From Ranitomeya imitator (lineage: Eukaryota): a stretch of 64,000 nt of DNA. The notes beneath the pieces were generated by a model. That model was not told where the DNA came from and made no database searches. It was given only the letters and a program-made list of their open reading frames with translations. The DNA is taken from positions 64,852,001 through 64,916,000 of the forward strand of contig NC_091289.1 of the NCBI RefSeq assembly GCF_032444005.1, in the 5' to 3' direction. This document shows, one piece after another, positions 49,472 through 62,001 of the stretch (position 1 is the stretch's first letter; the number at the start of each line of letters is the position of its first letter). The position numbers and the translations under genes are program-made.

Positions 49472-52400
49472 GGGCAGTACATGGTCAGGTATGCAGTACA
49501 TGGTGAGGTATGCAGATCAGTGTAGGGGGGCAGTACATGGTGAGGTATGCAGATCAGTGTAGGGAGGCAGTACATGGTCAGGTATGCTGATCAGTGTAGG
49601 GGGGCAGTACATGGTGAGGTGTGTAGATCAGTGTAGGGGGGCAGTACATGGTGAGGTGTGTAGATCAGTGTAGGGGGGCAGTACATGGTGAGGTATGCAG
49701 ATCAGTGTAGGGGGGCAGTACATGGTGAGGTATGCAGATCAGTGTAGGGGGGCAGTACATGGTGAGGTATGCAGATCAGTGTAGGGAGGCAGTACATGGT
49801 CAGGTATGCTGATCAGTGTAGGGGGGCAGTACATGGTGAGGTGTGTAGATCAGTGTAGGGGGGCAGTACGTGGTCAGGTGTGTAGATCAGTGTAGGGGGG
49901 CAGTACATGGTCAGGTATGCAGATCAGTGTAGGGAGGCAGTACATGGTCAGGTATGCAGATCAGTGTAGGGGGGCAGTACATGGTGAGGTGTGTAGATCA
50001 GTGTAGGGGGGCAGTACGTGGTCAGGTGTGTAGATCAGTGTAGGGGGGCAGTACATGGTCAGGTATGCAGATCAGTGTAGGGGGGCAGTACATGGTGAGG
50101 TGTGTAGATCAGTGTAGGGGGGCAGTACGTGGTCAGGTGTGTAGATCAGTGTAGGGGGGCAGTACATGGTCAGGTATGCTGATCAGTGTAGGGGGGCAGT
50201 ACATGGTGAGGTGTGTAGATCAGTGTAGGGGGGCAGTACGTGGTCAGGTGTGTAGATCAGTGTAGGGTGGCAGTACATGGACAGGTATGCTGATCAGTGT
50301 AGGGAGGCAGTACATGGACAGGTATGCTGATCAGTGTAGGGAGGCAGTACATGGACAGGTATGCAGATCAGTGTAGGGGGGCAGTACATGGACAGGTATG
50401 CAGATCAGTGTAGGGGGGCAGTACATGGTCAGGTATGCAGATCAGTGTAGGGGGGCAGTACATGGTGAGGTATGCAGATCAGTGTAGGGGGGCAGTACGT
50501 GGTCAGGTGTGTAGATCAGTGTAGGGAGGCAGTACATGGTCAGGTATGCAGATCAGTGTAGGGGGGCAGTACATGGTGAGGTGTGTAGATCAGTGTAGGG
50601 GGGGCAGTACATGGTCAGGTATGCAGATCAGTGTAGGGGGGCAGTACATGGACAGGTATGCAGATCAGTGTAGGGGGGCAGTACATGGTGAGGTATGCAG
50701 ATCAGTGTAGGGGGGCAGTACGTGGTCAGGTGTGTAGATCAGTGTAGGGGGGCAGTACATGGTGAGGTATGCAGATCAGTGTAGGGGGGCAGTACGTGGT
50801 CAGGTGTGTAGATCAGTGTAGGGGGGCAGTACATGGTCAGGTATGCAGATCAGTGTAGGGGGGCAGTACATGGTCAGGTATGCAGATCAGTGTAGGGGGG
50901 CAGTACATGGACAGGTATGCAGATCAGTGTAGGGAGGCAGTACATGGTCATGTGTGTAGATCAGTGTAGGGGGGCAGTACATGGTCAGGTGTGTAGATCA
51001 GTGTAGGGGGGCAGTACATGGTCAGGTATGCAGATCAGTGTAGGGGGGCAGTACATGGTCAGGTATGCAGATCAGTGTAGGGAGGCAGTACATGGTCAGG
51101 TATGCAGATCAGTGTAGGGGGGCAGTACATGGACAGGTATGCAGATCAGTGTAGGAGGGGCAGTACATGGTCAGGTATGCAGATCAGTGTAGGGGGGCAG
51201 TACATGGACAGGTATGCTGATCAGTGTAGGGAGGCAGTACATGGTCAGGTATGCAGATCAGTGTAGGGAGGCAGTACATGGACAGGTATGCAGATCAGTG
51301 TAGGGGGGCAGTACATGGACAGGTATGCTGATCAGTGTAGGGAGGCAGTACATGGTCAGGTATGCAGATCAGTGTAGGGAGGCAGTACATGGACAGGTAT
51401 GCTGATCAGTGTAGGGGGGCAGTACATGGTCAGGTATGCAGATCAGTGTAGGGGGGCAGTACATGGTCAGGTATGCAGATCAGTGTAGGGAGGCAGTACA
51501 TGGACAGGTATGCTGATCAGTGTAGGGAGGCAGTACATGGTCAGGTATGCAGATCAGTGTAGGGGGGCAGTACATGGTGAGGTGTGTAGATCAGTGTAGG
51601 GGGGGCAGTACATGGTCAGGTATGCAGATCAGTGTAGGGGGGCAGTACATGGACAGGTATGCAGATCAGTGTAGGGGGGCAGTACATGGTGAGGTATGCA
51701 GATCAGTGTAGGGGGGCAGTACGTGGTCAGGTGTGTAGATCAGTGTAGGGGGGCAGTACATGGTGAGGTATGCAGATCAGTGTAGGGGGGCAGTACGTGG
51801 TCAGGTGTGTAGATCAGTGTAGGGGGGCAGTACATGGTCAGGTATGCAGATCAGTGTAGGGGGGCAGTACATGGTCAGGTATGCAGATCAGTGTAGGGGG
51901 GCAGTACATGGACAGGTATGCAGATCAGTGTAGGGAGGCAGTACATGGTCATGTGTGTAGATCAGTGTAGGGGGGCAGTACATGGTCAGGTGTGTAGATC
52001 AGTGTAGGGGGGCAGTACATGGTCAGGTATGCAGATCAGTGTAGGGGGGCAGTACATGGTCAGGTATGCAGATCAGTGTAGGGAGGCAGTACATGGTCAG
52101 GTATGCAGATCAGTGTAGGGGGGCAGTACATGGACAGGTATGCAGATCAGTGTAGGAGGGGCAGTACATGGTCAGGTATGCAGATCAGTGTAGGGGGGCA
52201 GTACATGGACAGGTATGCTGATCAGTGTAGGGAGGCAGTACATGGTCAGGTATGCAGATCAGTGTAGGGAGGCAGTACATGGACAGGTATGCAGATCAGT
52301 GTAGGGGGGCAGTACATGGACAGGTATGCTGATCAGTGTAGGGAGGCAGTACATGGTCAGGTATGCAGATCAGTGTAGGGAGGCAGTACATGGACAGGTA

Positions 52401-53452
52401 TGCTGATCAGTGTAGGGGGGCAGTACATGGTCAGGTATGCAGATCAGTGTAGGGGGGCAGTACATGGTCAGGTATGCAGATCAGTGTAGGGAGGCAGTAC
52501 ATGGACAGGTATGCTGATCAGTGTAGGGAGGCAGTACATGGTCAGGTATGCAGATCAGTGTAGGGGGGCAGTACATGGTCAGGTATGCAGATCAGTGTAG
52601 GGGGGCAGTACATGGTCAGGTATGCAGATCAGTGTAGGGGGGCAGTACATGGTCAGGTATGCAGATCAGTGTAGGGGGGCAGTACATGGTCAGGTATGCA
52701 GATCAGTGTAGGGAGGCAGTACATGGACAGGTATGCAGATCAGTGTAGGGTGGCAGTACATGGACAGGTATGCAGATCAGTGTAGGGAGGCAGTACATGG
52801 TCAGGTATGCAGATCAGTGTAGGGAGGCAGTACATGGTCAGGTATGCAGATCAGTGTAGGGGGGCAGTACATGGACAGGTATGCAGATCAGTGTAGGGGG
52901 GCAGTACATGGTCAGGTATGCAGATCAGTGTAGGGGGGCAGTACGTGGTCAGGTGTGTAGATCAGTGTAGGGAGGCAGTACATGGTCAGGTATGCAGATC
53001 AGTGTAGGGAGGCAGTACATGGTCAGGTATGCAGATCAGTGTAGGGGGGCAGTACGTGGTCAGGTATGCAGATCAGTGTAGGGAGGCAGTACATGGTCAG
53101 GTATGCAGATCAGTGTAGGGAGGCAGTACATGGTCAGGTATGCAGATCAGTGTAGGGGGGCAGTACATGGACAGGTATGCAGATCAGTGTAGGGAGGCAG
53201 TACATGGTCAGGTATGCAGATCAGTGTAGGGGGGCAGTACATGGACAGGTATGCAGATCAGTGTAGGGGGGCAGTACATGGTCAGGTATGCAGATCAGTG
53301 TAGGGAGGCAGTACATGGTCAGGTATGCAGATCAGTGTAGGGGGGCAGTACATGGACAGGTATGCAGATCAGTGTAGGGGGGCAGTACATGGTCAGGTAT
53401 GCAGATCAGTGTAGGGGGGCAGTACATGGTCAGGTATGCAGATCAGTGTAGG
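49472..53452. repeat. 37-bp minisatellite, about 107 copies, intron 18
   Basis: Unit taggggggcagtacatggtcaggtatgcagatcagtg. Confidence 0.97.
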
Positions 53453-54184
53453 AGAATGTTCACACATGTCATTTTTGCAGCTTGTCTTGTTCTGCAGGAA
53501 AAACGTGCATTTTTTTTCCCACATTTTATTTTTTGTTTTTACTTGCATTTTTGCCCATTCATTAGAATAGCTGAAAATTACTGTAATAATTGACATGCTG
53601 CGGGATCAAAAAAAATGTCAAACAGCTCAAAAAATGGAAGGAAAAAGGAAAAAAAACTTGTGCATAAGCTTTCTGAAAACACATTCACTTCCTGTGCTGT
53701 AAAAAGCAGCTTTATTGCCGTAGGAAAAAGCGCTGCAAAAATGCTGCAAAGTCACCAGAGCAGAAGGGCCGTGATGGTTAATACTCTGGAAGTCCTTTTT
53801 CATACTGATGACAAAGTGCGATTTGGGGTGACGAGGTCACGGCCATGATTTTGATCGTGGTGACCTTGGGTTCCTGATTCCCATTTTCATACCAATTTGT
53901 AAAATTGTCTTTCAAAAAGGATTATACGGCCATTGTAACAAGGATTCTCATCCAGTCTACCAGCTGAAGAATGCATGGATTAGGGCGGATTTGGATTAAG
54001 AAATATGGTGACAGATTTGATATAACGAAATTTCATCAGAAAATAACTTATTGTTTAAATCTGTTTTTTGTGTTTTACATGTACATACATATTTTTTTTT
54101 TTTTTGGCAGCTTATTTTTTTCCTATCACATTATGTTTTAAAGTAAAAATGACGGAAAACTCTTTCTGGAAGGACAGGAGTTAA

Positions 54185-54512
54185 AGGGACACTGTCATCT
54201 GAATTTGGAGGGAACAATCTTCAGCCATAGGGGCGGGGTTTTTGGGTGTTTGATTCACCCTTTCCTTACCCGCTGGCTGCATGCTGGCTGCAATATTGGA
54301 TTGGAGTTCATTCTCTGTCCTCCATAGTACATGCCTGCAGAAGGCAATCTTGCCTTGCGCAGGCGTGTATTACGGAGGACAGAGAATGAACTTCAATCCA
54401 ATATTGCAGCCAGCATGCAGCCAGCGGGTAAGGAAAGGGTGAATCAAACACCCCAAAACCCCGCCTCCATGGCTGAAGATTGTTCCCTCCAAATTCAGGT
54501 GACAGTGTCCCT
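54185..54512. mobile_element. Near-perfect palindromic T2/Kolobok-like MITE
   Basis: ttaa|agggacactgtcatctgaatttggagggaacaatc ... gattgttccctccaaattcaggtgacagtgtccct|ttaa. Confidence 0.9.
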
Positions 54513-54643
54513 TTAAGAGTCTATAATAACCCCAGTGGGACTATAGAAAGAGTGCTCATTTAATATTTTAGTATAGCTCTAATATGAAAAAATACAATTT
54601 TTTTCTTTTTTTATAAAGCTTGCAGTGCAAAAACCTTATTTAA

Positions 54644-54985
54644 AGTGGTTGTCCACTACTTTTACAACCATTTCTTGATATAAATGTTTGGCCCCAATAA
54701 AATAAAAAAACGTTTACTCTCCTCCTGTACTGGCACCATTCTAGCGGTGTCGGTCCTCGCGGTCCTGGGGCTATAGTGCTGTTGATGTGGCATGTGACCC
54801 CGGCGTCCAGTCAGAGCTGTCATCACTATCTCCGCCATTGGACAAATCTAACATGAAGAGGAAGGCTACAGCTGCTCTATCACCTCCTCTTCATGTTCGA
54901 CAGTACGGAAGCCCTGAGGATTTTTTATTTAGTCTTGGCTGGTTGAGGGGGGTACAAGAAGTTGCCAAAGTAGTGGACAGCTTCC
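54644..54985. mobile_element. T2/Kolobok-like MITE
   Basis: ttaa|agtggttgtccactacttt ... aaagtagtggacagcttcc|ttaa. Confidence 0.8.
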
Positions 54986-55102
54986 TTAAATAATAGGTAA
55001 TTTTCTGTGGACACTTTGCCTCTAAGTCTCCTGTTTAATTTGTTGGCATTTTAGTGAATTTACAATATACATGCTTTGATTTTGCTTTCTCTCCTCTTCC
55101 AG

Positions 55103-55323
55103 GTGACCTAGAATCATTACCAGGACAGAGAGAGCGAGCTACCGCCATCCTCCTGGCGTGCCGCCACCTTCCCCTGTCGTTTTTGTCTTCTCCCGGCCAG
55201 AGGGCAGTAATGTTAGCGGAGGCTGCGCGGACTTTGGAGAAGGTGGGCGATAGACGCTCATACCACGATTGCCAGCAGATGATGGTTAAGCTCAGCGGGG
55301 GCACGGCCATGGCGGCTTCTTGA
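55103..55323 (+). CDS. SREBF2: SREBF2 exon 19, coding part to TGA
   Basis: ttccag|GT GAC CTA ... GCT TCT TGA; [29 protein letters not shown]...GGTAMAAS*. Confidence 0.96.
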
Positions 55324-56131
55324 GACCCGCTGCTTTCTTTAGGTCTGGCATCAACTACTGAACATCATCCATGAGTAAATACCATTCTTTCAGCATTTTC
55401 AATACCCGATAGAGAAACTGTGTGTTAAAAATATTCTTCAGGAAGGGACGATCATCAGGACGAAACGAGCAGCTGCATCATCAGATCCCTTCTTTACCAG
55501 TCGCATTCCCATGAGCTTTGTGTTATGGCGGCCCACCATGATAGAATATTCAGCTCAGATCTCTGATTAGCCCCCATTGCACTTTTCAATGCAAGCCAGT
55601 TATATATCTGGACCATTGGGGTACGTTCACACAATGTCTTCAAAACCCAGGGGAACACAACATTTTCAAGCAGAAGATGCTTCAGGAAAACACTGGTGGC
55701 GTGTTTTGGTTTTTTTTTGCCTTAAGCATCTTTTTTTGGTATCTGTAAATTATTACTTTTTTGCTACGTTGCCCCCAGCATTATTTTTTTGTCGAGTATG
55801 TATAAACTAGTTAGTGGCTTCCACCCGTATAATTGTTAGGTCACTCTTTTAACCATTACCATTAATCTGAAGAAAAGGAAACATAAAGCAGCTAAGACGA
55901 TGAGAAGCCAGAACATCTGCACAGCAGGTCGTCTTTACATTAGCCATAGGTCCACCTGTAATCCATCCGAGGAGTCTTAGGTTGTTTTATCCACTGTCTT
56001 TCCTCTAGCAGAGTGCACTCCTTACCTAGGTAGCTGTCACACTGAGACTGCAGGGTGGTCGGTAACCTAGGCAATGAGCCGGACACTATAGAATTAGAAA
56101 TCCTTCTTTTCCCGAGAGCTGAGGATTTTTA

Positions 56132-56333
56132 GGGTATGTGCACACGTCAGGATTTTGTCAGGATTTTTCATCAGTATTTGTAGCCAAAACCAGGAGTGGA
56201 ACAATTAGAGGAAAAGTATAATAGAAACATATGCACCACTTCTGCATTTATCACCCACTCCTGGTTTTGGCTACAAATACTGATGAAAAATCCTGACAAA
56301 ATCCTGATGCAATCCTGACGTGTGCACATACCC
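56132..56333. mobile_element. Young Harbinger-type MITE downstream of the stop codon (putative 3' UTR)
   Basis: tta|gggtatgtgcacacgtcagg ... cctgacgtgtgcacataccc|tta; arms of about 70 bp, near-perfect apart from an 11-nt extra segment in the right arm. Confidence 0.92.
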
Positions 56334-57410
56334 TTAATGAGAGAGAAAATGCGTAGTTCCTAGATTTTACACGCACTCTTAACAATTGAAGAACTTGAGA
56401 CGCCCCCTTTAAGGTTGCAATATCTAATAGAATTCCATCAGACTTAAAGGGTTAGCAGAGAACAGTGTTGGCGCAGCGTGCGTTTTGCTGCAGCTTTCCC
56501 CATTTAAGGTCCAATTTGTAGATCCTCCTGGGAATTTCCTTTTTCATCCTTATTTTAGAAATCAGTGTCTTCAAGAAGACCATCTACTGGTCCTCTCATT
56601 CTAAATGTTTCATCAATAGACTATCAGAGCCTATGACATTCTACCTGTGCTGGAGTGTACAGCCAGGGTTAGGAGAAGGTTGGCACTTACCATAACGCTG
56701 CCTACACAATAGATGGGCACTTCCAGCATGGCCGCCTTCTCCTAGACCCTACCCGCATGTTCCCGGAAACAATGTATGCGGTGGTGGAGCAGCGCTGTGA
56801 AAGCACCAGATTTGCTTGCTTTTCTGCGCTTGTTTGGGAGCCTTCTAGTTATCCCCATGGTACTGACCGTAGATGGCCGAGCCGGGGCTGCTTTTAGTAT
56901 GTGCTTCTGAGAACCATGACAAATCGAACTGTGTGGCTAGTACATGGATAAAGGCCGTAGCCAGGACCAGTGGGACATAAATTAAAGTTCGACAGAATGT
57001 ACCATTTCATCCATCTTTTTCTCAAACTAATGAGAAGAGGACAGCTTTCTCTCCCTGCCCCTTCTTACCTTTTCACGTACAAGGGGCAGGGAGGGACAAG
57101 AAATTAGTTGGCGTCAAAGTTTTTGGGTGCCATCTGCCAAAACATTAAAGCAAAAATGCGACGTAGCCCTATAGCCAAATACCTATAGCGAGGCGGTGGA
57201 GCAGCTGCAGACAGCAGTTGCCGGTGGACACTTTCTATGCTCTGAAGAATCTTTGGACTGGAAGCCATTGTCTATATTCATTCCTATGAGACACAAACTA
57301 TAGGATCGAATAGAAAAAGCAACTTCTGTTCTACACAGGACGCTAAACAATCCAGCCGCCCTGACTGTCGCTCACATGTTCTGCCGGAGGGGCTCACACT
57401 GTCCGCTTAA

Positions 57411-58296
57411 CCCCTTAGTGATGGAGCGCTTCAACAAATCCCAGTGATTCTGAGAATGTTTTTTCGTGACACATTATACTTTATGATAATGGTAAATTTA
57501 GATCGATATGTTTTGTATTTATTTATAAAAAATATCAGAAATTTGACAAATATTTAAAAAAAAAATAATAATAATTAAATAATTATCCCTTTAATCCAGA
57601 TAGTCATACCACACAAAATCATTAATAAATAATATTTTCCACATGCCCGCTTTACATCAGCACCATTTGTAAAATGTTATTTTATTTTGTTAGCATTTTA
57701 GGAGGTTTGAAAATATAGCAACAATTTTTCATTTTTTATTTTTTTTTTTCAAGGAAATTTACAAAGTTATTTTTTTTAGTGCCCTATCCAGGTTTGAAGT
57801 GACTTTGAGAGGTCCTATATATTGGAAACCCCCCAAAAGTGATACCATTTTAAAAACGCCGCCCCTGACATATTGGAAACTGCTGTCAAGGTAGTTTATT
57901 AACCCTTCAGGTGCTTTTCAGGAATTAATACAAAGTGACACGAAAGGAATGAAAAAGTGTATTTTTACCACGTAAATGTCGCTGACTTTTGAACAAGTCG
58001 CTATAGCCGTCAGACTCTAAGGTTACTATTTGGTCATGAATTGCCATGGCAAACATCTTGATCTCCGGGTGTGACGATGGGGATAAATTGGAAGCCCCCA
58101 CACTCTGATAACCATTTATATGATGTAGTCACTATTGACCGCAGCATCTAAGGGGTTACACAGATATGGACGGTGACAACACTGATCGTAGCTGATGCAG
58201 CAAATTGTCAGCTGTAGTGTCCAGCTACCTGTATGGGGAGGCTAGTCTCTTATATCTCAGGTCAGTAAAAAGATGTATTGGCCGTCATTATAGGGT
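57411..58296. mobile_element. TTAA-family non-autonomous element
   Basis: ttaa|ccccttagtg ... atagggt|ttaa; similar to the 63178-64000 copy. Confidence 0.7.
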
Positions 58297-58619
58297 TTAA
58301 TGCACTAGAAGAGGAAATTGCCACCGCTGTTATTTCCATTTTCTGCATAGCAATCATGCACTGCAATAAGTCTATTCTGGAAGTGTTACTATAAATTACT
58401 GGTTTCCTGCTTCTCTCTCCTCCGGTCACATTATGCCACATTGGTTAGTTCTGCTCGTCGGCAAGAACTCATTTTGCAGCTCCAGATGCTACAGGACCAA
58501 CATGTATAGGTATATACGGTAATACACGTGTGCGTGTTCCGCTCTGTTTTTTTTATAGGCTTGTTGCATTTTAGGATCCTTTGCATTGTTTAATATTCAG
58601 AAGAAGTAAAACTCTGTAA

Positions 58620-58625
58620 AATAAA
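58620..58625 (+). terminator. Candidate poly(A) signal of the SREBF2 3' UTR (alternative candidate at 62860-62865)
   Basis: AATAAA in non-repeat, UTR-like sequence followed by U/GU-rich DNA. No transcript evidence is available. Confidence 0.3.
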
Positions 58626-58989
58626 CCAGAAAGTTGCTTATTTGTACAAATCGAAACCTGTAGGCTGATACCTGTATATAAGTATATTTTTTTTGTAATT
58701 TCTACATGAATGTGTAGGCATCTGGCAAAGCATGTGTATATTTTGCATATTTATTTCTTGTATGTTCAGGAGCAGACGTTTTAGGCCTTCCTTATGTGTG
58801 CCACTTGTAAGCAATTACTTGGTTTATTTGGTATTAAAACTATTGTTTTCTAAAAAGTGCATTTTACAAAACTCACTTATATCATGGACAAAGCTCTCAT
58901 CATATCTGACATGAATCAAGAGTTTAGAGTCTGCCCAGGCTTTATTATACTCGCTCTTCTAAGTTTCTCATAGATGTATTATCTGTTTA

Positions 58990-59185
58990 GGCCGGGATCA
59001 CACATGCGAGAAACACGTCCGTGTCTCGCACGTGAAATCCAAGCTCTGGCGCCGACACTCCAGAGCGGAGCGTGCGGCCACATAGCAACACATGGAGCCG
59101 CACGCTCCACTCCCAAGTGCCGGCGCCAGAGCTTGGATTTCACATGCGAGACACGGACGTGTTTCTCGCATGTGTGATCCCGGCC
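58990..59185. mobile_element. Young Harbinger-type MITE, near-perfect palindrome
   Basis: tta|ggccgggatcacacatgcgag ... ctcgcatgtgtgatcccggcc|tta. Confidence 0.92.
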
Positions 59186-61363
59186 TTATTTTTGCACCTG
59201 TATTACGACTGACTGCAGCTGCCCTGACCTGGGTTTAATGACTCAACCCAAAGACCGCATCATAATGGTGACTAAGCTGCAGACTGGTCAAGATTTTTCG
59301 ACCTAGACCTTAGAGAGAGACCTATAAGAAGCCGCTCTCCTTTTGGAGAACCAAAGCCATGGGATTCATCTGATGGACAACCATGTACTACTACATTTCC
59401 TCTGTAGAGGACGCTGCAGGGAAAATGTCTGACTGTGGCTTCCCCGGACATATCCAGCAATTTACATCTTCAGTGACACATTCCCCATACTTTGACATGA
59501 CATGTCGGGACTTCTTGTTCTTCAGCTTTGGAAAGAACATAGACTGCTGTTGTTGGTATGTATCTAATTGCGATCTGGTCATGGTAGAAATGAAACCACA
59601 GTTCTTACCAATCCAAAGCCTATATTGCCATGTTATGTCAGTGGGAGCAATATGTATGTTGGCTGATGTTATAGACTTGGTCCTTGTAACGACCGTGTGT
59701 ATTTGTGCTTTAAGTCGTGCAGCCTGTAGATCTGTTATATAGACAACTTTCACAATACCTGCTGATAGTTGTAGTCCATCAAGCTAAAAAAAATGTTTGT
59801 TAGTCTAAAACTGGCCATTGATTAGAACCCATCAATTTTGCCCATCTAATATGATGTCGGGAGATGAACATCTCGCAGGTTGAATTCAAACTCCCGATCC
59901 TCCTGTACTTTAGACTCAAAAGTGTACTACACCCTCCCCAAAGAGAGAGCCTGAACAGCGGGCCAAGCTGAGTGTCCATGTGTGGTTGGGAGACACAGCT
60001 GAAGTCTCTATGGAAGTAGACAGTCGTGGCCAAAGGATTTGACTCGCATTTTAGTTTTCACAAAGTTTGCTGCTTCAATGTTTTTTACATCATTTGATCT
60101 CAGGTTTTTAGGTACTAAAGTCCAATTTTAAGAATTTCATAAGGTTTTACACTTTTATTAACAAATACATCAAGTTTCTATTTACAATGCTGACCCTTAT
60201 TTTTCAAGATTTGAAAATTGGAATTTTTTTTACAACTTAAACCGAGACATGTTTGGTGTCTATGAACTCGTAATCACCTGGAGAATCATAATGGCAGGTC
60301 AGTTTTAGCATTTAGTGAACCTACCAAAAGAATTTTTTCCCGTTTTCGAGTACACAACATGCTAAAACCAATAATGTCGTTCAAAAGTACAACTCGTCCC
60401 GCAAAAGATAAGCCCTCACATGGCCAAATTGACAGAAAATAAAAACTTTATGGCTCTGGGAAGAAGCAGAACGAAAAACGAAAGCTCAAAACCAAGAAAA
60501 GCTCTGTTCATGAATGAGTTAAAGGGTCTTTATTATTGATGAGAGAATAGACTCATTACTCGAGATTTCTCGAGCATGCTCGGGGGTCCTCCGAGTATTT
60601 TTTAGTGCTCGGAGTTTTCGTTTTTCTTGCCGCAGCTGAATGATTTACATCTGTTAGCCAGCATAAATACATGTGGGGATTCCCTAGCAACCAGGCAACC
60701 CCCACATGTACTTATGCTGGCTAACAGATGTAAATCATTCAGCTGCGGCAAGAAAAACTAAATCTCCGAGCACTAAAAAAATACTCTGAGGACACCCGAG
60801 CGTACTCGAGAAATCTCGAGTAATGAGTATATTCGCTCATCACTAGTCTTTATCTGAACAAATAACTTTACTCTTGTCCACTCACCTTGCTCTTTGCTTC
60901 ATTATGTCATTCCATCCTTGATGGTTTTTCTTAGAGAGAAGTGGTTTCTTTGCTTCCCTTCTTGACATCACTCCAGTCTCCCAAAAACTCAGTGATATCA
61001 GATACATTGACACCTTCCCTCTGCCATACCTTTAGGAAATGGTTCTGCCATTTGCTGGACCTTATTGTTCGCTATAAAGCCACTTTTACAGAAAATGAAC
61101 TTCTCTCCTTGAAGTTTTTGATGATCCTATAAATTGTTCAATTAAGGGCAATCTTACGAGAAGCAATGTCCTTGCCCGTAAAGCCCTTTTGATTCCTTGC
61201 CCATGTTAACATTTTCTCTTGAGCTGTCGAGATGATCACAAGTCATTCGGTGGAATTCTGTTTTTTGTGATTAAAGTTGATTTTCATGGTAAGGAATGAC
61301 TTTGCAATTCATCTGATCACTCAACATAATCTAGATTTAGTGAAAATTGCCACTATAAGAATT

Positions 61364-62001
61364 ACCTGCCTAGGCCTCAAACAAATGCACTATCAGGATG
61401 CAGTGGACCCATGTGGTTAAGATAGAAAAAACACAGGTGCAGCATAACCGATGAGGCAGCCACTCTCGACCTGCCAAACTAATGGAGGGGGTAACTGCTT
61501 GGCACATTGCTGCACATAAAAGACTTGTATGTGGCGCTGTTCACACAATGGAGATGCACAGCATCCAGGCAAGCCTAGCAGTGACACCCTTCTATTAGAT
61601 CAGGCGGGCCTGCCCAGCGCTAAACAAATGTACCCCATGTGAAAAGACACCACAGTTTACAAGACAAAAATGGGCTCAACTGCACCCCGGAAAAAAGTGC
61701 AAAAAGCACATAAAAAATATATGTGAGGTATTAGTTGATATTTTGGCCAAAATACGGAAGCTCATGACCCGCGACAAGGCAATGTGCCAAGCAACCACCC
61801 CCTCCATTAGTTTGGCAGGTCGAGAGTGGCTGCCTCATCGGTTATGCTGCACCTGTGGTTTTTCTATCTTAACCACATGGGTCCACTGCATCCTGATAGT
61901 GCATTTGTTTGAGGCCTAGGCAGGTAAGCATCTCTGCCTTATTTTGCTGTTCTTACTAATTTTTTGGAGGATCTCTGAATCCTCTTTTTGTGCTCTTGCT
62001 A
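61364..62001. mobile_element. Insertion with about 150-bp inverted arms and a 14-bp TSD (Penelope-like)
   Basis: ccactataagaatt at 61350-61363 and 62002-62015; 61362-61511 is inverted relative to 61779-61927. Class assignment is inference. Confidence 0.6.

Larger units (their letters stand above)
6235..55323 (+). other. SREBF2: SREBF2 gene body, coding exons 2-19 (exon 1 not in window)
   Basis: 18 GT-AG exons found by eye; phases are compatible throughout. The product has SREBP hallmarks: EMLQFVSNQ, a bHLH with Tyr in the basic region ([10 protein letters not shown]), DRSR-TM1-NP, an RxxL luminal site, TM2 and C-terminal ...GGTAMAAS*. Exon numbers follow human SREBF2 as recalled. Confidence 0.97.

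Noticed and set aside
928-53452. Tandem arrays as CRISPR loci
   Set aside because: The units abut with no unique spacers, there are no cas genes, and the DNA is vertebrate intron sequence.
58298-58306. AATGCAC as a self-targeting miR-33 site in the 3' UTR
   Set aside because: Only a 6-mer match at the edge of a transposon; expected by chance.
59383-59753. Overlapping antiparallel ORFs of about 120 aa in non-repeat-looking DNA
   Set aside because: No recognisable homology or convincing exon structure. A protein or profile search would be needed, so it is not called.
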